Positions 56,579 to 64,000 of a stretch of DNA of 64,000 bases are shown in pieces. Below the pieces are notes generated by a model. That model did not search any database. It was given only the letters and a program-made list of their open reading frames with translations, and was not told the DNA's origin. This DNA is from Eledone cirrhosa (lineage: Eukaryota). The stretch is taken from positions 298,592,001 through 298,656,000 of the forward strand of contig OZ024742.1 of NCBI GenBank assembly GCA_964016885.1. The letters are read 5' to 3'. The position numbers were made by a program, and so were the translations under genes. Position 1 is the stretch's first letter, and every line of letters starts with the position of its first letter.

Positions 56579-56851
56579 TCTAAAAAGTTAAAATGATAAA
56601 GTATTACTACTATATAACTTACATCTATTGTTGTAACACCATTGAAATGCACAAGTTTCACCAATTCACTATTATGCACTAATCATCTCAAATGCATTCA
56701 TGATTTACTAGCTTTGTCATTAAGCCAGTTGCCTCAACTAGATTGCAATTATACTCAAAAGAACTTTAAAATGTCAATCACTTGTCAGTAATTCACTATG
56801 ATCATTTAATTATTAGATAGTTGTTGCTTGCATTGCCTTAAAAAATAGTAG

Positions 56852-57978
56852 ACCAGATAGAAAAATGCGTACAGCAAAAAAAAGTAATATTGTTGGAATA
56901 TAAACCTTTAAAAATACAGGACAAGAAACTAAAATAAAACTTTAAAAGAATAGGACAAGAAACTAAGATAAAACTTTAAAAGAATAGGACAAGAAACTAA
57001 TATAAAACTTTAAAGAATTGGACAAGAAATAAAAAATTTTACAATAATATTAGTGGCAACATTTTTTTATTCGTTTCCTGTGCTATGCCCCAGTATCTTC
57101 TTGATTAGTGCATAATAATTGTCATGATCTCATTGTGCGTTGCCCCTGAGCGGTTGGTTCTGGTTGGGGTTGGTTGGCTGAGCAGTTCTGCTCCGTCAGA
57201 ATGACCATTGCAAGAAGAATTGGCCGATGCAGCTGCAGGTCTCCTCCAAGAATGCACTTCTGGTCGCGCAACACCAGACGAAGATGGAGAAGACGACCGG
57301 GACAAGATGTCTTCTCTGACCACCGACTACGGCACATCCCTCAACCACCGGTCCTCCCTCCCTCTGTCCCGTCATCCCTCCAGTCCTCCTGCTCCCCCTT
57401 CCTGTACCAGAAAGCTGTGGCACGCATTCATCTGGACTGCCGGACTTGAACTCAAGGACAAGATGCAAGGAGAAGATGGACGGGTCGGTCAAGATCAAGG
57501 ATGAGCGGGACGACAAGACCGTCCGCTGCTGCTCAAGATCTGTGCTCATGGGCCCATGGGTCCATTCACATTATGCATGACACATGAGGCGTGTCGCCGA
57601 ATGATGAAATAGGGGTATGGTTATGGCCCAATTGGTGTTCAAACCAGGATCAAATGATCCCCCGGTCTGACGACGACCTCTGAATGTGGAACCCAGAGCC
57701 TATGAATGTGGAACTCGATTTTTTACCAATAAAAAGTTTGCCACTAATATTATTGTAACATTTTTTATTTCTTGTCCAATTCTTTAAAGTTTTATCTTAG
57801 TTTCTTGTCCTATTCTTTTAAAGTTTTATCTTAGTTTCTTGTCCTATTCTTTTAAAGTTTTATCTTAGTTTCTTGTCCTATTCTTTTAAAGTTTTATTTT
57901 AGTTTCTTGCCCTGTATTTTTAAAGGTATATATTCCAACAATATTACTTTTTTTGCTGTACGCATTTTTCTATCTGGT
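56852..57978. repeat. Inverted repeat with 34-bp minisatellite arms around a GC-rich core
   Basis: 56852-57071 against 57728-57978; unit tttaaaagaataggacaagaaactaagataaaac, ~3.6 copies versus ~4.6 copies. Confidence 0.9.
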
Positions 57979-57982
57979 ATAT

Positions 57983-58095
<113 letters not shown>

Positions 58096-58172
58096 CATAT
58101 ATATACATATATATATATGTATATATATATATATACATATATATACATATATATATATGTATATATATATAT

Positions 58173-58394
58173 ATTGTTATACTTTGGGAGGGTCATGTTG
58201 CCAATAAGAAACACACGCACCAGTTGCTTTCACTTTAATTTATTATAATAAATTTATAATAAATTTATAAATTTATAAATTTCTGGTTGGTTAGTTGGTT
58301 CCGCAACCAGATAGTTGTTTATATATTGTCATATAACAATATCGGTTTCAACACACGATTTCAGATAAAGAATCTTGCTAAACAAATTCAGAAA

Positions 58395-58397
<3 letters not shown>
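58173..58397. mobile_element. Family B mini-insertion: ~160-nt inverted arm plus ~65-nt sense tail
   Basis: 58173-58331 matches 20806-20965; 58332-58397 matches 21926-21991. Confidence 0.9.
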
Positions 58398-58440
<43 letters not shown>

Positions 58441-58558
58441 ATATATATATATATATATATCCATATATATATATATATATCCATATATATCTATATATCC
58501 ATATATATATATATATCCATATATATATATATATATATATCTATATATATATATATCC

Positions 58559-58659
<101 letters not shown>

Positions 58660-59193
58660 TTATCTCGGCAGCGTTTGTCTGTTTCTCTCTTACTGCTTCC
58701 TCGCTCTCTCAATTTCTCTCACCTTCTTTCGCCCCCTCTGTCAGTTACACTTTCTCTCGACTGACCTCTTCCTCACACTTCCACTCACTCACTCTCTGTT
58801 TCTCTCCTTCTCACTTCCTCCCATTTGGCTTGTGTGGGTCACTTCTTGCTCATATCTCACACACAGCGACACGGTCTGTACCTCTCTCGCTCATGAAATC
58901 CACCCAGTTTATGCTGACCGGACAACCATGTTGCGCGTTTATTTTCCTATCTTCGGTTTGCTTTTATCCTTCTATGTTGTTTACTTGTCCCCCTCGCTTT
59001 ACGCGAATTACTGGTCCCAATAACTTTTTTTAGCTATTGCTTGCACCAACCTGAGGTATCTGATTTTTAATGCGATGAAATATCAATGATGGTTGGAAAA
59101 TCACTGACGAAGGACTATTTTTATCATATGTAACCCATGTGCAAACCACGCAGTATTCTTCTTTCTTCTCATGTTTTATATATATATATATAT

Positions 59194-59249
<56 letters not shown>

Positions 59250-59285
59250 ATATATATGGATATATATATATATACATATATATAT

Positions 59286-59391
<106 letters not shown>

Positions 59392-59395
59392 ATAT

Positions 59396-59429
<34 letters not shown>

Positions 59430-59483
59430 ATACATATATATATATCTCTATATATATATATATCCATATATATATAGAGATAT

Positions 59484-59563
<80 letters not shown>

Positions 59564-59626
59564 ATATATATATATATATATATATATATCCATATATATA
59601 TAAATATATATATATATAAATATATA

Positions 59627-59686
<60 letters not shown>

Positions 59687-59691
<5 letters not shown>

Positions 59692-60254
59692 CATATTTAA
59701 GAAAGCCACAACAATGCAGAGGGGAATCTCGAGGTAGGAAGTGAATGATAGATAGGAGAAACAGGTGAAAGTGAAAATTGAGAGAGACAAAGATGAAAAC
59801 AAAACAAAGGTAGAAGGGTTACCGTAGTGGAGATTTAATCCCAATATTTCGGGCTCACGCCCATCAACGGGGGAAAAGTTCCAAAAGGGGGGGAACAGGC
59901 CAAGCAGAGAAAGTTGTGATGTCGTTAAGACAGGAATGCCGTTAAGACAGGAATGCCGATAAGGGCATTCCTGTCTTAACGACATCACAACTTTCTCCGC
60001 TTGGCCTGTTCCCCCCCTTTTGGAACTTTTCCCCCGTTGATGGGCGTGAGCCCGAAATATTGGGATTAAATCTCCACTACGGTAACCCTTCTACCTTTGT
60101 TTTGTTTTCATCTTTGTCTCTCTCAATTTTCACTTTCACCTGTTTCTCCTATCTATCATTCACTTCCTACCTCGAGATTCCCCTCTGCATTGTTGTGGCT
60201 TTCTTAACTACGTATTTTACACATTTCACAATGCTTCAAGCAAACTTTAACACC

Positions 60255-60258
<4 letters not shown>
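59687..60258 (+). mobile_element. Fold-back insertion (~250-bp arms)
   Basis: 59687-59940 against 59964-60218; 17-bp tandem duplication gttaagacaggaatgcc at the junction; ~40-nt tail; (TA)n flanks. Confidence 0.92.
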
Positions 60259-60308
<50 letters not shown>

Positions 60309-60311
<3 letters not shown>

Positions 60312-61186
60312 GGTGAGGACGATATTTGTTCGCAAGAAAACTGTCTAGGAAAAAGTAACACAGTAGTTGTATTTTTAAAGATTTATTTATCAAACTTGGG
60401 TCAGTTTGTCTTCCTGATTTGTTCTTTCGATCTCACTCGATAAACCCGCCATCGGAACCGGCTACAAAGCGGCCTCGGAACCGGCTACAGGACTTCGTCA
60501 CTGTCCCCCTACTTAGGCCCCTAAAGGCACTTGTGATCCTAGACTTCAGATCGTTTTTCGTATTGCAGCTAGATCTGTTGGTGTCTCCTTCCACTGCGCC
60601 CCACACAAAGAAGTTGAGGGGGTTGCAGTCAGGCGAGCTGGGAGGCCAGATGTCAGGTGAAGTGTGGTCGACGAAGTTCTCTGACAGCCAGGCTTCGGTC
60701 TTTTGTCTGGTATGGCAGGGCGCTGAGTCTTGCTGCAACACGTACGGCCTACCTGCAGCTACCTGCTCGATCCAGGGCTTTACTACTTCACTCAGTGTAG
60801 CCATAGGTGTTCAGCTTGAGGCCCTCAGGGAAGAAGTGAGGTGGCATGACGTCACCTTGACTGCTGACGACACCTAAGACCAATGTTGTCGCTGGAAACT
60901 TTATCTGCATGATTCTGGGCACGTCTTTGGGTGAGACAGCGAGCCACCTGTTGTTCTGGGAATGTCTGAAATTTCCTTATTTGTCCTCCCGGCACGGTTT
61001 CCAAGAAGAACTTCGTGTCTCCTCCGCAAATTTGGAGGTTCAAAATTATTCATAATCAATTATTCTGAAAATAAATAATGGAAATATAGTCACTGTTTTT
61101 ATGAAGACAAAAGTGACAACGGAAGTAAAAAAAATTTGCATAAAATTAGCAGTTGAAAATTGCGAACAAATATCGTCCGCACCCTG
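60309..61186 (-). mobile_element. Internally deleted Tc1/mariner element, DD37D (maT) family
   Basis: TIRs cagggtgaggacgatatttgttcgcaa / ttgcgaacaaatatcgtccgcaccctg, TA flanks; QQDSAPCH...WPPSSPDCNPL(N) with 37 residues between the catalytic positions; last D mutated to N. Confidence 0.92.
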
Positions 61187-61759
61187 TATATGTATATATA
61201 TATATATATATATATTATATTATTACATTAATGTAATATATATTATATATATTACATTACTATTGTTATATTTTTATATTTTTTTAATAATACATTTCAA
61301 CAATTTCTTTCTATCGCACATATTAAACCCTTAAATATTATACTTAATACATATTAACAATTTCTTTTCATCGCACATATTATTAAACCCTTCAATATAC
61401 AAACCATAATTTAACATTATTCTAAAATTTTTCTCTTCGTTAATTTTCAAATTCTTTTAATTTATATATTATCTTCCAACGGTTTTTTAACCTCTCTATG
61501 TAAAACAATATATTTTTCTCAGTTATAAAAGCTATCTCTCTCTCTCTATCACCCATCTCTCCTCCTATCTCATCCTTCCTTATTATACTCCTCCCCCCTC
61601 CATTCTTTACTCTCATCTCCTCCTCTTTTTCATCCTTTCCACCGCCCCCACTCAATTTTTTCCCCCAATATCACACATCAATCTAAAACTACTTTTCATA
61701 TGTTGATTTAAAACTGCACTATTCACAAGTGTTTTTTAACCTTCATATCATGTCTCCCT

Positions 61760-61828
61760 ATTTTATCTAACGAAAACGCAAATGTCATCGCATGATGATA
61801 TTTGTCTTTGAAATGCGTATAATAAAAT
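61760..61828 (+). ncRNA. Hammerhead with mutated core (homologue of 16392-16460)
   Basis: attttat CTAACGA ... GAAAT gcgt ATA ataaaat; flanks 61705-61860 are homologous to 16355-16520. Confidence 0.65.
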
Positions 61829-61916
61829 GCATGGAACTCTTTTGACCATCTTTTGATCTTATATATATATATATATATAGAGAGAGAGAAATAGGATTTC
61901 GCTTCAAGCACATCTT

Positions 61917-63057
<1,141 letters not shown>

Positions 63058-63845
63058 AAAATAAATTTCCCCTTCTTTCAGTAAATGAAAATACTCGGCG
63101 TAGCTTAATTCGCCATGGGGCCCGGGGCGCGGCCGGTGTTTTAACAGCCACATAGTACCTTTAAATTACAGAACAAATCGGAACTATTATATAATTAAAT
63201 GTTAAACTGTTGAACTTTGAATTTTCTAACCTCTTTAATATTGAATATTGATTATTAATTTTTTTAACTTCATCCTAGAAGTCTAAACACTGTAACACAC
63301 TGACTCCCAATATATTCACCTCTGCTAAGATGCGGGTCCCTGTGAACATTTTCTCGCGCCACTCCTGGCTTGACTGTGGTCTGACATTAATATCGACCTT
63401 TCTTCCTCTTTCTATCTTCCTTCTTGTAACCATCAACCCTTACTTTTCTACTTCTCTCTTCCCTTCCTTCTCTTCTCCCCTCCTCCTGTCTTCCTCCCGC
63501 AGACTTATCTTCCTTCCCCCTCTTGCTTGCCTATATCTGACCAGTAGTAGTTGCCTTTCTTCTTTTAGCTGACATTCACCCTGGCTTCTCTTCTTCTTTC
63601 TTCCCCCTTCTTCTCTCTCCTTCCTTTCTTTCTTTCTTTTACCTTGTGTCATGAGATCGACGTTAACTTATGCTCCCATCCCTTTCTGTTTTCGTTCATC
63701 TGACCGGTAGTAGCATACTATAAAATTTAGCCACGTCACTCCAGGGCGACCGGCTGAGGTTGAAGGAACAGAATAGCGGTCGCCATCGGGTCTCGATTTT
63801 CAGCCCCATGGATTTTACCTATTACATTCACGTATTATATTTCGA

Positions 63846-63903
63846 ATACCTGATGATATCACCGGATTCATACGGAACCCGGTGATTGAAATGATCATAG
63901 TAT
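63846..63903 (+). ncRNA. Type I hammerhead ribozyme
   Basis: atac CTGATGA t-atcaccgg...ccggtgat-t GAAAT gatc ATA gtat; palindromic ATGATCAT; ~50 nt before (TA)n. Confidence 0.88.
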
Positions 63904-63949
63904 AATAAACCTTTCAAGGATTTACACAAATCCAGCCTCCTGTCATTTC

Positions 63950-63981
<32 letters not shown>

Positions 63982-64000
63982 GGATATATATATATATGTA

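Noticed and set aside
56907-57030. 34-bp repeats as a CRISPR-like array
   Set aside because: Contiguous tandem units with no spacers; eukaryotic context

Overview
AT-rich, microsatellite-saturated eukaryotic DNA. The SINE and transposon repertoire suggests an octopus-like cephalopod, which is an inference. I can support no intact host gene, and most ORFs in the track are (TA)n/(TG)n/(CA)n artefacts. The main signal, read by eye, is a dense population of Penelope-like element (PLE) derivatives sitting in (TA)n arrays. It comprises 19 type I hammerhead ribozyme (HHR) motifs with intact cores from about 12 unrelated families plus several decayed ones, about 14 fold-back (inverted-arm) insertions, decayed RT/GIY-YIG coding fragments, and two non-coding elements that are circularly permuted 'monomer-plus' units around an HHR (retrozyme-like; about 536 and 313 nt). 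One HHR has a 24-bp stem III extension containing 9 G-U pairs. A compact island at about 54.3-58.0 kb carries a spliced SGNH-hydrolase gene with tiny introns, a BACK-like ORF and an inverted-repeat-flanked GC-rich ORF. Also present are RTE and CR1/L2-type LINE remnants, many SINEs, Helitron pieces, a deleted DD37D (maT) Tc1/mariner element and MITEs. All folds and alignments were done manually and need computational confirmation.
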